DNA of 64,000 nt from Octopus sinensis. Its lineage: Eukaryota. A program made the position numbers and the translations under genes. The stretch is taken from the NCBI RefSeq assembly GCF_006345805.1, contig NC_043025.1, positions 1,302,001-1,366,000 of the forward strand. Direction: 5' to 3'. Under the pieces are notes generated by a model. That model did not search any database, had not been told where the DNA came from, and was given only the letters and a program-made list of their open reading frames with translations. Shown here one piece after another: positions 25,470 to 38,651 of the stretch (position 1 is its first letter; each line of letters starts with the position of its first letter).

Positions 25470-28400
25470 TTAGATGACTGCTCACACGGAGCCCATAGTG
25501 AAAGATGTCACCCCCACTTGGTAGACAAACAGGACAACAAAGAATATTCAAGTGAGAAACCTGGTCGGGAAGTAAACCCAAGTGCAAGTGCCCCTACCGG
25601 CATCAAAAGACAAAACCATGGAGATGAAAGAGCCAACAAAGAAGTAAAAGAAGGAAAAACAAAAAGAAAAACAAAAGATGAAACAGCCAAAGACGGAAAA
25701 ACTCAAGCAAAACCAAAAGATGAAACAGCCAAGGAAAGAAGCCAACCTGACTATCCATGTACCAAAAAGGATAGAAAGAGACAGCGCACACGAATGTGTA
25801 AATTCTAGCTGAAAGGTGTCTGCTGGCATGGAGAGAAGGTGCAGGCTGCCGTTTTGCACTCCAAAGACCCTTCCACATGAAACAGGGCAGAATACACCAG
25901 CCAAAAGGAAAAGGAAAGGACTATGCACCACCTGCCCAAAAACGGAGGTACGCAGATGTAGTGTGTGTTACAAACCATCAACATGCTATTGAAAGGGAAG
26001 CTGCTGAACAAGAATCGTTTTTGTGCATGGCACAAAAGATTGTTCAGAAGCTAACCTGGCTCCATCAAACTCAAACTCGCAGATGGGACTATCCACAATA
26101 CACAAGACCGCCACAGCAAATAGACTCAAGGTGGACACCACTGGCAACAACGCACACATCACCTCGATGCTCCTACTGAACATCAGCGGACTGCTAACAC
26201 TCAGTAACGGGACAAAAATCCCTTTCTTGAGAGACTTTGTTGCAGGCAATCAAGCCCTATGCATAGCACTTACGGAAACACACCTGAAACCGGACATAGC
26301 AGATGCGGAAATACACATACCACAGTATGTTGTATTACGGACCGACAGAAAAGGAAGGAGTCATGGAGGAGTTGCTATGTACATCCGTGAGGACCGCACA
26401 CCCCAGGTCCTTTTGTCATTCTCAATTTCGGTGTGTGACACACTAAGTGTACATATAAGGCAACTTGGTGTAGTTGTGTGTGCTACATATCGCCCTCCAG
26501 ATGCCCCAAGCCATGTAGGCAAGTTTGAAGACTGCCTTATAAAAATAGAAGAAGTCCTAATCACATTAGAACAACACATAAGTGTACTTCTTATGGGAGA
26601 CTTCAATCTACCCAATGTCAGATGGCCCGAGGGCCTTTCTCTCCCAGGAATGACACGATGCGAACGAGGACAGGTGAGGTCCCTCCTGAACCTCATCAAC
26701 ACTCAGTATATGGAGCAAATAGTACTCCAACCAACCCGGGCATTTAACATACTGGATCTCTGCTTCACAAATAATATGGATCTCATCCATAATGTGAAAG
26801 TGACACCGACACTACTCTCGGATCACAACATGGTAGAGCTGACCATGTATGGGCCAAAGGAAAGCATGGACATGCAGCCTACAAGAAGCTCTCAGAATCT
26901 TTCCAGCTTGAACTTCCATAAGGCAAACTGGAAACAAATTGAGAAAAAGATCCTCAAACAAAACTGGCATGAATGTCTCTCCTCACCAGCCATCGACATG
27001 AAACTTCAACAATTCATATCTGTAATGCAAGCCATATGCTACAAATGTGTCCCAGAGAGAAAGGCCACTGTACACAAGAACAAAATCCACAGAGACAGGA
27101 AGATTCTTATGAGACGGCATACAAAAGTTTCAAATCGCCTAAACAAACAAATTGAAAGCAGTGAAAAGTCCCGCCTGAAAATAAAACTGTTGGAAATTGA
27201 AAAATGTCTGCAACTCTCCCATGAAAAAGAAAAAGCAGACAAAGAAGCCTGGGCTATAGACAACATAAAATCTAACCCCAGAGCTTTCTACAGGTATGCC
27301 AAAGAAACAGCTACGGTGCACTGTAGGATAGGGCCACTCCTTGAAAAGGATGGCACACACACAGGAAATCCAATGAGGATAAGTGAAATACTAAATGAGC
27401 AATTCAAGAGTATTTTCACTCCACCCCTAGGGCATTTTCAAGTCAGCAATCTAACTGACTTCTTTACCACTTCAGATATAAAATCAGAGGCAATGATTAT
27501 TGATTACATCAATAAGAAGGAAAACGATGTAATAAAGGCTATAGATGAAATGAAAACAAACTCATCTACTGACCCCGATGGATTCCCAGCAATCCTTCTA
27601 AAAGTATGTAAGAGAGTCCTAGCAAGACCACTGCAGTTCCTCTTTCAGAGCTTCCTTGCAACTGGCAAACTTCCAAGGAAACTGAAGGAGGGTAAAATAT
27701 GCCCTATTCATAAAGGAGGTAGCAGAGTGGAGGCCAAGAACTACAGACCTATCTCTCTGACCTCACACATCAGCAAGGTCATGGAACGAATAGTCAGAAG
27801 GAAACTAATCACCTTCCTTGAAGAAAATGACTTGCTGCCTGACACCCAACATGGTTTCCGACCAGGAAGAAGCTGCTTAACTCAGCTCCTACAACACTAT
27901 GACTGGGTGCTGAAACAACTGCTCAACCACTCAAATGTGGAAGTGATATATCTTGACTTTGCAAAGGCCTTTGATAAAGTCGATCATGGAATGATATGTC
28001 ACAAACTGCGTGATCTTGGCATAGCTGGAAAACTGGGTGAATGGCTTCATGACTTTCTGAACGATAGTAGCCAGGTGGCAGTAGCAAATGGGGCCACTTC
28101 CATTAACACCCAAATAGTGAGCGGTGTTCCACAAGGCACTGTTTTGGGACCACTGCTGTTCATAATGGCTCTCTCAGACATGCCCTCAGCCACACAGAAA
28201 GCCATGATCACAAGTTATGCAGATGATACGAACGTTTCACAGGCAATACAGAACTCAGAAGACACTAAGCACCTGCAATGTGAAGAATAGCATGTAGTTG
28301 AATGCTGAAAAGTTTCAAGCTTTATACTATCAGCATGCAAAACTAAATGTAATACCCAATAAATACACTGGACCTGGAGGGATTGCAATCCCAGAGGCAC

Positions 28401-29155
28401 GATCAATGCGTGACCTGGGTATTTACATGAGTAATGATGCAACCTTTCATGTGCATGTTGCTAAATATGCAATGAAATGTAGGTGGCTGACCGGATGGAT
28501 TCTTAGAGCTTTTAGAACAAGAGACCAGAAAACCATGATGGTCCTTTGGAGGACACTTATCCTAAGCCACTTTGACTATTGCTCTCAGCTATGGTCACCA
28601 TCCAGTGTCAAGTTAATCACGGAACTTGAGGCGATCCAACGAAGCTACATGAAGAAGATAGCCTCTGTACAGCATATAAGCTACTGGGAAAGACTCAAGA
28701 GATTAAAACTCTATTCCTTAGAGCGTAGGCGAGAAAGATATGCCATAATATACATCTGGAAGATCCTAGAAGGACTTGTCCCAAATGCCAGAACTGGGCG
28801 CCACTGCATAGTGCCAAGGACTCCAAATTTGCCATCAAGATGTAGGACAAGATACTGCGATAGCCTGGGCTTCAGAGGCCCACAGTTCTTCAGTATCCTC
28901 CCGAAGAACCTGAGAGACCTGCATGGGGTGGATACAGATGTCTTTAAAATGGAGCTGGATCTCTTCTTGTCAGGTGTCCCAGATGGACCAACTTCACGGC
29001 AGGAGGTGCGGATGAGGGCAGCTGCATCGAACTCTCTCATGCACCAAATGGCAGATGCTAAAAAGCATTCGTGAAGTAAAATCATGTAGCAACACCAAAT
29101 GGCGGTGCCCCAGCATGGCCACAGCTCGTGAGCTGAAACTAGATGAAAATGAAAG
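25470..29155 (+). mobile_element. Near full-length CR1/L2-group LINE (ORF1 remnant, APE-RT ORF2)
   Basis: APE motifs IALTETHL, YRPP, MGDFN, LDL, SDH. RT motifs YRPISLTS, YLDFAKAFD, GVPQGTVLGPLLF, YADD. Also LYSLERRRERY. Small deletions near 28280 and 28785. Cys-rich ORF1 remnant near 25790-25860. Stem-loop tail. Confidence 0.92.
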
Positions 29156-29168
29156 AATATATATACAC

Positions 29169-29199
<31 letters not shown>

Positions 29200-29475
29200 A
29201 TATATACACACATATATATACATATATATATATATACACATATGTATACATATATATATGTACATATATATACATACATATATATACATATATATACATA
29301 TATATATACACATATATATATATACATATATATACACATATATATACATATATATACATATATATATATACATATATGTACGTATATACACATATATACA
29401 TATATATATAAATATACATATATATTTTTATATATATATACATATATATACATATATACATATATACACATATAT

Positions 29476-29509
<34 letters not shown>

Positions 29510-29510
<1 letters not shown>

Positions 29511-31935
29511 ACGGGAAGCTTTATGAAAATAAACAAAAGACGAAGGCAGGTGGAAAACAAACGAACAATTGTATTAGTATGGCGCTCAGGAAATATAAAT
29601 AAAACAAGTCTTTAACGTTTCGAGCCTACGCTCTTCAACAGAAAGATACACAGAGAGAGAAAAACACAGAAAGAAGGAGAGAAAAAAAATGCGTGCAGTA
29701 GCTAACGAATCAACAATGCGATCTGATTTCGGCCAGAGGTCAAAGATCAAACATGAGACGCGAGAGCGAAATAAGGGGAGATAATAGGGTTGATAAAAGG
29801 GGTTGAGGAACCAGCTAAAAGTGCGTGGGAGGGGTCTGGATGTGTGTATGTATAGGGTTGGTGTATGTATTAGTATGTATAAGGGTGTGTGTGTGTGTGT
29901 GTGTATGAGAGAGTATTAGTGCGTAGGATTGGTCTGGACGTGCGTATGTATGGGGTTGGTGTATGTATTAGTATGTATTAGTATGTATTAGTACGTATTG
30001 GTATGTATAGGTGTGTGTGTGTGTGAGAGAGTATAAGTGCGTATGCGGGGTCTGGACGTGTGTATGTATAGGGTTGGTGTAAGTATTAGTATGTACTAGT
30101 ATGTATTAGTATTTATTAGTATGTATTAGTTGGTGTGTGTATTAGTATGGCACATCATATGTGATGTGATGTGTAAAGTCATGTGGTGTAGTGAGGAGAA
30201 GAGGGGGAGGGGGAGAAGGGGAGGGGAAGAAGAGGGGAAGAGGAGAGGATGGGGGAGAAGGAAGGGGAGAGAGGGAGCAGAGGGAAGGGGAAGAGGGAGG
30301 TAGAAAGAGGGAAGAAGGGAAGGGGAGTAGGGGTGAAAGGATGAAGGACTGAAGAAGTGGGGGTCGGGGGGAGAAAGGATAGGTGAGGAGGGGGGAGGGG
30401 GGTTAGATGAGGAGGGGGGGAGAGTTGAGACCAAATGGCGTATAAGAGCGAAGAGAGAAGATTAATTCCTGTTCACGGCGCAAACGGGAATCCGGATGGC
30501 CTCTGTGTAAGGACAAACCGAACACAGATAGGTGTTGCAAGGAGTGACCGGTGGAGCGGAAATGGCGTGAGACCGGTGTGTCGTTCGCAAGGTGGATGTC
30601 ACGAAGGTGTTCCGCGAACCGGTCAGCCAAGCGGCGTCCGTTTGTCCGATGTACAAGGAATTGCAGAGAGAACAAGAGATGCAATAGATAATATTGCTGG
30701 AGGTGCAGGTGAAGGAGTGGATGATGGGATAGGGTCGATGGTGGGTGCTAGTGAGGCGGGTGGTGTTGGAGAGGTAAGGGCAAGTGCGGCAACGTGGGCG
30801 GGAGCAGGGGAACGAGCCGGGTTGGGAGGTAGGGTCAGGGAAGGAGCTATGGACCAAAAGGTCTCGAAGGTTGTGGGCTCGTTTGAAAGAGGGAAGGGGT
30901 CGGTTAGGGAAGAGGTGTGAAGTGGACGGGTCGGACTGGAGATGACGGAAAGCTCGAAGAATGGTGCGTTGGAGACGTAGGGTCGTGGGGTGGTAAGTGA
31001 GGGGAAAAGGGAGGCGGGAGACTACAGGGCGGGTTCGGGGAGAGAGAGCAGATACACGGTCCACGGACCGTGCTCTGGCAAGGGCGGTGTGGATAGTGGT
31101 GAGGGGTATCCACGTAGGGTGAAGTGGTGAGCCATACGTTGAGACTGAGTCTCAAAGTCATGGTCGTCACTACAGAGCCTACGTAGACGGAGGAATTGGG
31201 AATAGGGGATGGAAAGCTTGGTGTGTTCTGGGTGGGAGGAAGAGAAGTTGAGGTATGAGTGTGAGTCTGTGTGTTTGTAGTGAATGGAGGTGGTAAGAGT
31301 GGAGTGAAGAATGCTAACCGAAATGTCGAGGAAGGAGACAGAGGTGTTGGAGATAGTGGAAGTGAAGTGGAGGGCTGGATGGAAAGATTGGACGAAAGAG
31401 AGGAAGGAATCTAGATGTTCGCGGGAGAGTGAGGTGGCACCGATAATGTCGTCAATATAACGACCATATAGTTCAGGAGTGGGACCAGTGAAATTAGAGA
31501 ATATTTGGGCCTCAACATAGCCAACGAACAGGTTCGCATAGTTGGGGCCCATTCGCGTTCCCATGGCCACTCCCGAGACCTGATGGTAGAACTCGCCCGC
31601 GAACGAGAAGCAGTTCAGAGTAAGGACAAGTTCGGCCAGACGAATGAGTGTGGAGGTGTCAGGTACAGGGTTAGGGCGGAGGTCAAGAAAGTGTCGAAGG
31701 GCCTGCAGTCCTTCGTGGTGAGGGATAACAGTATAGAGGCTTTGGATGTCCATAGTAAAAAGGATTTTGGAGGAGCCGGGAGGAAAGGAGAAAGAGTTGA
31801 AAAGCCGGAGAGCATGGTTGGTATCGTGGATGTGGGAGGGAAGAGATGCCACTAGGGGGGCAAGGACACGGTCGAGGTATTTAGAGATGAGCTCCGTGGG
31901 GCAGTTACAGGCGGAGACGATGGGGCGGCCAGGGT
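29510..31935 (-). mobile_element. 5'-truncated Penelope-like element, copy B (same family as 22823-24624, inverted)
   Basis: PGRPIVS, TMDIQSLYT, GVAMGTRMGPNYAN, RYIDD and GIY-YIG. Purine tract at 30190-30420 and three tandem units of about 110 bp at 29832-30140. Confidence 0.93.
29609..29646 (-). ncRNA. Minimal hammerhead variant in the pLTR of copy B
   Basis: Minus strand: TCTTT CTGTTGA A GAGC gtag GCTC GAAA CG TT AAAGA, with palindrome AACGTT. Confidence 0.62.
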
Positions 31936-32933
31936 TTATATATATACTGACATGTATACACAAACAATCACACAGACGCACACACACAAATGTTCACATG
32001 CTCACAAGTGCAGACCCCCCACACACACACATGTATCTTAGTGAAATTTAAAATTAAAGAATTAAGGTTTGAAAAGTAGTCGTTAAATACCGTATCCAAA
32101 CCTTGTCTCAGGGTAGGTCCCAGGCAGGGTACATGCAGAGCACATTTACCACTTATGGCTTTCAAGCGGAATAAGCAAAACTGTGCGTTCCTCATTGAAT
32201 CTGTGTCCGGAATACCGAGTTGTGTATGTGTATGTGTGCGTGTACGCGTATGCGTGTGTCAGTGCGCATGCGCACGGGTTTACCTGTGTGTGGGAAGGGG
32301 ACGATCAGTGTGCGTTTAAATATAGACAGATGCGTATATGTACACGAGCTCGGTGGCGCGATTGCATATATATGGGGGAGCATATGTCCATGTGTCCGTG
32401 AGTGAGAGAATGTGAGTGCCTATTGACAGGATGGCGGATGTCTGTCGATATGTATGTATGTGTATGCGGAGGGGCGTGTGCTTCGCATGTGCGCATGAAT
32501 GTTTACATGCGTGCGCACACACGCATGAATGTATGTGTGAGTGCTTGACTGTGTGTGTGTGTGTCGGTTTAGGCAGCTGCAAAGTCTCAACACTGGAATA
32601 ACATCCCCACTAAACATTCTCACCATGTTGCACTTGATTGCTGTAGCCGGCAGCAAACGATTGAGCCGTTTAATCTAATGCCATAAACACCCTTTTCACA
32701 CCCCCTCCATCTACATTAGATTCTTTTTTAGCTACGATTTCTTGACGACAACTACCAACTCCCCACCGCAATTTATACGAGATACTTTGTGTGGTTTTTA
32801 TTTTTCAATTTTCTTCCTGACTACATCTTCCTCACTTAACCAAATGTGTCTAAACTGCTGGAATGTTACCATTAGCATATAACCTGGAGCGAAAAGGAAA
32901 TGTAAATCTGATAACCTTTGAAGCATGTTTCGT

Positions 32934-33035
32934 CACCTGATGAAGCTCTTTTGCACTGTGCATTGCATTTGGTGTCATTACATCGCTCACGCCCTCTCGG
33001 GAACAGTGCAGAATGAAATTGAAATGATTGTAGTG
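32934..33035 (+). ncRNA. Decayed type-I hammerhead motif
   Basis: CAC CTGATGA ... TTTTGCACTGT/ACAGTGCAGAA stem ... GAAA TGATTG TA GTG, followed by AATAAA. TGATTG is consistent with CpG decay of a CGATCG palindrome. Confidence 0.55.
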
Positions 33036-33284
33036 CTAATAAATGCTTTTAGTTACACTCCGTCATCAGTATTAACCATTTAACACACACACACACACAC
33101 ATACACACACACACACCCACACACACCAATATTGAACGAGGAGAACAAAAAATGAACACCGCATTGACGGATAAATATTTGGAGGTGAATGAGGCTATCA
33201 TTGCTTTCTTGCTCAGAGAATTCTCAGCAGTTATCATGGCAGCCACATGAGACGTTGATACTTGTCTTGTTCTTGGGTGAGTAT

Positions 33285-34100
33285 ACACGAGGCTACATGA
33301 GACTAAAGCTTCACGAAACTACACGAGATAAGTATACAAGAAACTAGAATTTTTCCCTATTTTATTCACTTAGTTTTACATGTTTACACTTTTATCGCCT
33401 TCAAAGTATTCTCCATTTGAAGCAATGCATTGGTCCAGACGCGTTTTCCACTGTTCGAAGCATTGTTGGCAAAGTGATGCCTTTTAACACCTCCACATCT
33501 GCATATTTCTGAGTACTAGCTTTCGTCATCGGTGATGACCTTCAAAAAACGGGCCGGATCAACTTCCAGTTTATGACGCACATTCAGTCGTGACTGCTTT
33601 TGATCGTCCATGAAAAAGCCAGACACAAATTTTGCTACAACTGTTTTCATTCGCAATTCGTCGCTCAAGATTCGTTGTCAGGAGTTCCAGGACATACCAG
33701 TCATATCAACAAGTTCGTCAAATGTTCGGCAACAGTCCTTCAAGATCAGTTTATGAATTTTTGTAATGTTTTCATTCGTTCAGGATGTCGACGGTCGCCA
33801 TGAATGATGCTGGTCTTCAAGCGACAAGTGACCATTTCTAAAGCGTGAAAACTTGTAAATTTGAATTTTGCTCATGGCAGTGTTCTTGTAAGCTGTTTGA
33901 AGCATCAGAACTGCTTTGGCCACCGTTTTCCCCGGCAGAAAACTGAATTTCACGGAAGGACGCTGTTCCTTTTTTTCAGCCATCGCAAAATTCGATGAAC
34001 AGGTGAGAGGCACTGCATGTTGAAGACTCCCTATTTAACAATACAACTGCAACCGACGCCACCGGTTGACAGGTTGATGCTTGAGGATTGCATCAAGTGG
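33285..34100 (-). mobile_element. Decayed, internally deleted mariner transposon
   Basis: N-terminal MAEKKEQR..VKF...GKTV...MLQTAY..AMSK..FSRFRNG..SLED and C-terminal QWKTRLDQCIASNGEYFEG. Confidence 0.75.
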
Positions 34101-34446
34101 CTTCTACCGGCGGAAGATTGAACTACAACAGGCTTGTCCCACAGAGAATGTTACCGGTTCTTTTGGGTGACTGTTCGTATGTGTATAAAGATGGTTGTCG
34201 TAAACACTGTAGTAAACTCTAAGGTTGGTGGATGGTTTATTGTGCAATCTGCTATAGCTTGTAACACTGCCAGACATAGCCTCCACCACCTGCTACATAT
34301 CCATAATGAATATATGCGCCTAGGTGAGGCATTATGCCTCTCCTCAGTATGAAAGAAGGGTTTAAGGTTGTTAAGTTCTGTCATACCCACGTATTTATGA
34401 ATGTCTTTCAGTCAGTGCGGTCCTGACATCACCTCTTCCTATATGA

Positions 34447-35112
34447 CACCTTCTGCTGGTGACAAAAGGCCTCTCGCTCAGAGTAAAAGGCAGACTGTAT
34501 GACGCATGTGTACGAACAGCCATGCTACATGGCAGTGAAACATGGGCCGTGACTACTGAGGATATGTGTAAGCTCGCAAGAAATGAAGCCAGTATGCTCC
34601 GATGGATGTGTAATGTCAGTGTTCGTACTCGACAGAGTGTAAGTACCTTGAGAGAAAAGTTGGACCTAAGAAGCATCAGTTGTGGTGTGCAAGAGAGATG
34701 TTTTCGCTGGTATGGTCATGTGGCGAGAATGGCTGAAGATAGGTGTGCGCAAAAGTGCTACACCCTAGCAGTTGAGAGAACCTGTGGAAGAGGTAGACCC
34801 AGGAAAACCTGGGACGAGGTGGTGAAGCATTGAAGAGTTGGAGGAGTGCTTAACCCCACTTAAGCTCCGACTGGCCTCCGTGCCGGTGGCACGTAAAAAG
34901 CACCATCCGATCATGGCCGTTGCCAGCCTCGTCTGGCACGTAAAAAGCACCTACTACACTCACGGAGTGATTGGTGTGAGGAAGGGCATCCAGCTGTAGA
35001 AACACTGCCAGATCAGACTGGGCCTCGTGCAGCCTTCTGGCTTCCCAGACTCCAGTTGAACCGTCCAACCCATGCTAGCATGGAAAGCGGACGTTAAACG
35101 ATGATGATGATG
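34447..35112 (+). mobile_element. RTE 3' fragment (family of 11845-12983) with an internal deletion and filler
   Basis: Highly similar to 11960-12344 and 12656-12980, with a (TGA)n tail. Confidence 0.9.
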
Positions 35113-35272
35113 AAAATATAAAACATCAACATAATATAAGACTTATTGACTTCATAATTCACACGATAAGATACAAGGTAATAAAGATTCAAGAGTTACT
35201 ACACAGAGTCTGGTGGAGAATTTGAGATTATACAATATTAACATGACGTAGTAATACACGAAGATAATGTTC

Positions 35273-35359
35273 CATCGACGGGCCGTTTCGGAGACGTGTC
35301 CGATAATATGATATAAATTTCATATTCTTAATGAGACAGATACTCCCATCATCAGGATG
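35273..35359 (-). ncRNA. Type-I hammerhead motif with intact core
   Basis: Minus strand: CATC CTGATGA tg GGAG...CTCC GAAA CGGCCCG TC GATG. GUC triplet, near-palindromic ACGGCCCGT. Confidence 0.75.
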
Positions 35360-35649
35360 CTTCACAACAAGTCACAATGATAGCAACACATAAAAGGACA
35401 ACTTACTTCGTTACATTCTATCCAATTTCAAAGTCTTATTGATAATTCACTGATCCCCTTTATAGAACAGTTATATTAACTCACTTTAATCTTTATTATA
35501 GGCAGGTAACCTGAACAAAGAATGGACATAACAAAGACAGACAACACAAAACATGGGGTACATATAACGAAGAATAAATATGAATGTTTATAATGAATAG
35601 AATGGAATGGCTTACGAGACCCCAAAGCTCATTTTACTGTTCTTTTATA

Positions 35650-35920
35650 CAGTTTATAATCTAGGCCAATTTCCAGAGGTACTCTATCGATTCTTACTCT
35701 AGCAGCTCTTCTTCCACAGTATGTAGGCAAAAGTGCACACCTAGCCATTCTCAAGGGTACAGTGGTGTGCCTTTTTGCATCCTCCTCACTCGTAAAGCGC
35801 ACATCCACCGTGCCGTATTGTCTACCTCTTGCGTAGAACGTTGTTAATTGCTCAACCCCACTTAAGCACTCCTCCAACTCTTCAATTTCTACTGCTTCAA
35901 TTTTCTTCGTCTCGAAGAAT
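35650..35920 (-). mobile_element. Fragment resembling a Tx1/L1-type ORF1 N-terminal region
   Basis: ARGRQYGTVDVRFTSEEDAKRH..PTYCGRRAARVRIDRVP, an RRM-like pattern. Family assignment is inference. Confidence 0.4.
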
Positions 35921-36838
35921 TAAAGGCCTGTGTTAAGCTCAGTTCAAACCATTCTATTATAATACTTTTTTATTTTATTTTTAATTCCATTCCAATGTTT
36001 ATCTGAAGTTAGCTATCCTAGTTCAAATCATACTAATTCAATCCTTACCAACATAAAATACTAATTTACTTCATTGATTATCATATTATTTTCAATTACA
36101 TTTTAAATTTTCAGTTACAGATTTTAGATTTTAGATTTTAAAATTTAAATTATCATCATTATCCTTACTACGAATTAATATTATGAATTATTATTATTAT
36201 TATTATTATTACTCTTATTCTTATATTTTTGTTATTAAATTTCTTTAAAAACGTCGAGTGTATCTTATGTGTGAAACCGGAATTGCACCAGTAAGTTTAT
36301 TTAGCATAGCATGATTGTAATTCTTCAAAATAAAGTAAGCCTCCCTAAGGCATAATCCACATCTAGTGGATCCGATTCCAAAGGGAGGGGCATGAGCCAG
36401 GATGGACCAAGATAATTTGAATTCTTTACTCTTTTCCCTAAGATCGTTTATAAACGATGCTAATGCGGTGGATGTCCAATATTTTGGAATTTTAAATGAA
36501 CATTTTTGAATATTTTTAAATACCTACGAGTTTTATTTTATATCATATCGACGTCTTATACATATTTTTATATCTATTTGTATATCTAATAATTTATTTA
36601 TATATTTATAATGCCAACGTATTTTTAAAATATTTAAAAAAATATTTTAAAATATTTTAAAATATCTTTAAATATTAAATATTTATAAGTTCATATACTT
36701 GTATGTGTTAATACTGCATTATCTGGAACTTTATATTGATTTATTAATGCCCAATGAAATTGCACACATATATATTGAATATTCTATTGGATAATAGGTC
36801 ATGTTCCTCTAGTTTTCCGCTGGTATTGCTTCCATTGA

Positions 36839-36908
<70 letters not shown>

Positions 36909-36939
36909 ACGATTATGCCATGAAAAAGTATCCTCTCAA

Positions 36940-37298
36940 TGCCACATAAAAATGCACTCACGTCGGTACCACTCAAAAAGCACCCTTGCCAATGCTATGT
37001 AAAAAATTCCCCGCACACTCCATAAATTGAGTGGTGGTCGAAAGGGTATCCAGTCGTACAGACCATGCCAAAACAAGACTGGAGCCTGGTTCAGCCCTCG
37101 ATTTGCCATGCAAGCATGTGAAACGGACGTTAAATGGTAAAATAATGATGACGATACATACATACATACATGCATGTACACATGGATGCATGCATACATA
37201 CATACATACTACATACATACATACATACATACATACATACATACATACATGCATGCATGCATACATACATACATACATACATACATACATACATACAT

Positions 37299-37338
<40 letters not shown>

Positions 37339-37938
37339 ACATACATACATACATACATACATACATACATACATACATACATACAACCATACATGTATAT
37401 ATATATTAGCAATAACGGAGGAATTCAAGACAAGCTGCCACTTGGAATTCTTCTATGCTGATGGCCTTGCTCTAAAAGCTGAGTCACAAGAACTAGAAAC
37501 GAAGTTGAGGGTGTGGAAGCAGGATCTAGAATCAAAGAGCCTTAGGGTTAACCGAACAAAAACCAAATCACAAATTCCTTCAGGTAGATAGCCCTGCTCT
37601 GTCTGTAGAAAAGGTGTAGGTAGAAACTCCATGAGATATACCCTGCGTAAGCTATGGACACATAAGTTGCACAACAATATCAAAGGAAGGATAACCGAGC
37701 CGATAGTTTTTGTGTGTGGCAGATGCACAGGGATAATAAACACTGAAGATGTACACAAAACAGATTCCATCACATGTCAGGGGGAAAAGCTAGAAGTAAT
37801 TGATATTTCCTGGGTTACATTGCAGGAGGCAAGATCTTATCATCTCCAGGCAGTCTTGGAAATAGTGTAAGGGTGCTTTTAGGGGTGTGTAGGCCCCAGT
37901 CCCAGACAGGTCTTTGCACTTGTTGTGTACAGAGACTG

Positions 37939-37984
<46 letters not shown>

Positions 37985-38153
37985 TGGCACGTAAAAGCAC
38001 CCACTCCAATCACGGAGTGGTTGGCGTTAGGAAGGGCATTCAGCTGTAGAAACTTTGCCAGGTCAGACTAGGCCTGGTGCAGCCTTCTGACTTCCCAGAC
38101 CCCAGTTGAACCGTCCAACCCATGATAGCATGGAAAGCGGACGCTAAACGATG

Positions 38154-38155
<2 letters not shown>
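36940..38155 (+). mobile_element. Cluster of RTE fragments: old tail 36940-37155, RT fragment 37408-37815, young tail 37985-38155
   Basis: FYADGLAL..LESKSLRVNRTKTK. Tails contain AGGAAGGGCAT.CAG.TGTAG and CATG..AGCATGGAAAGCGGACG. Separated by (CATA)n and (TA)n. Confidence 0.8.
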
Positions 38156-38188
<33 letters not shown>

Positions 38189-38286
38189 ATATATATTATA
38201 GACATAGGCATATATCCAATAGAATATTCAATATATATATGTGTGCACTTTCAAATATACTTATATACATATGTATATATAAATAT

Positions 38287-38345
38287 ACGGTGGTGCCCCA
38301 GCATGACCGCAGCTTTCTGGCTGAAACATCTTTAAGGATTTAAGG
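38287..38345 (+). mobile_element. Minimal 3' tail of the CR1-group LINE family
   Basis: GGTGGTGCCCCAGCATGACCGCAGC..GGCTGAAAC matches 29100-29140. Confidence 0.7.
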
Positions 38346-38504
38346 ATATATATACACACACACACATACATACATACATACATACATACGTACATACATA
38401 CATACCTACATACATACGTACATACATACATACGTACACACATACATACATACATACATACATACATACATACAAACACACACACACACACACACATACA
38501 TACA

Positions 38505-38536
<32 letters not shown>

Positions 38537-38651
38537 CAGGAAACATCTACATATTTCACGTGATGTTTAGAGGGACTTTTCTCTTTCTGTGTTTTTAATT
38601 CTTGTATCTTCTTTTCGAGACGATATTGTTCATGTCTTTATTGCTTTTCAG

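Noticed and set aside
38589-38651. ORF-track N-terminal extension and stop for the ankyrin ORF (likewise 10631-11080 and 54577-54921)
   Set aside because: Intronic read-through beyond clear splice sites; the true coding limits are the exons listed.
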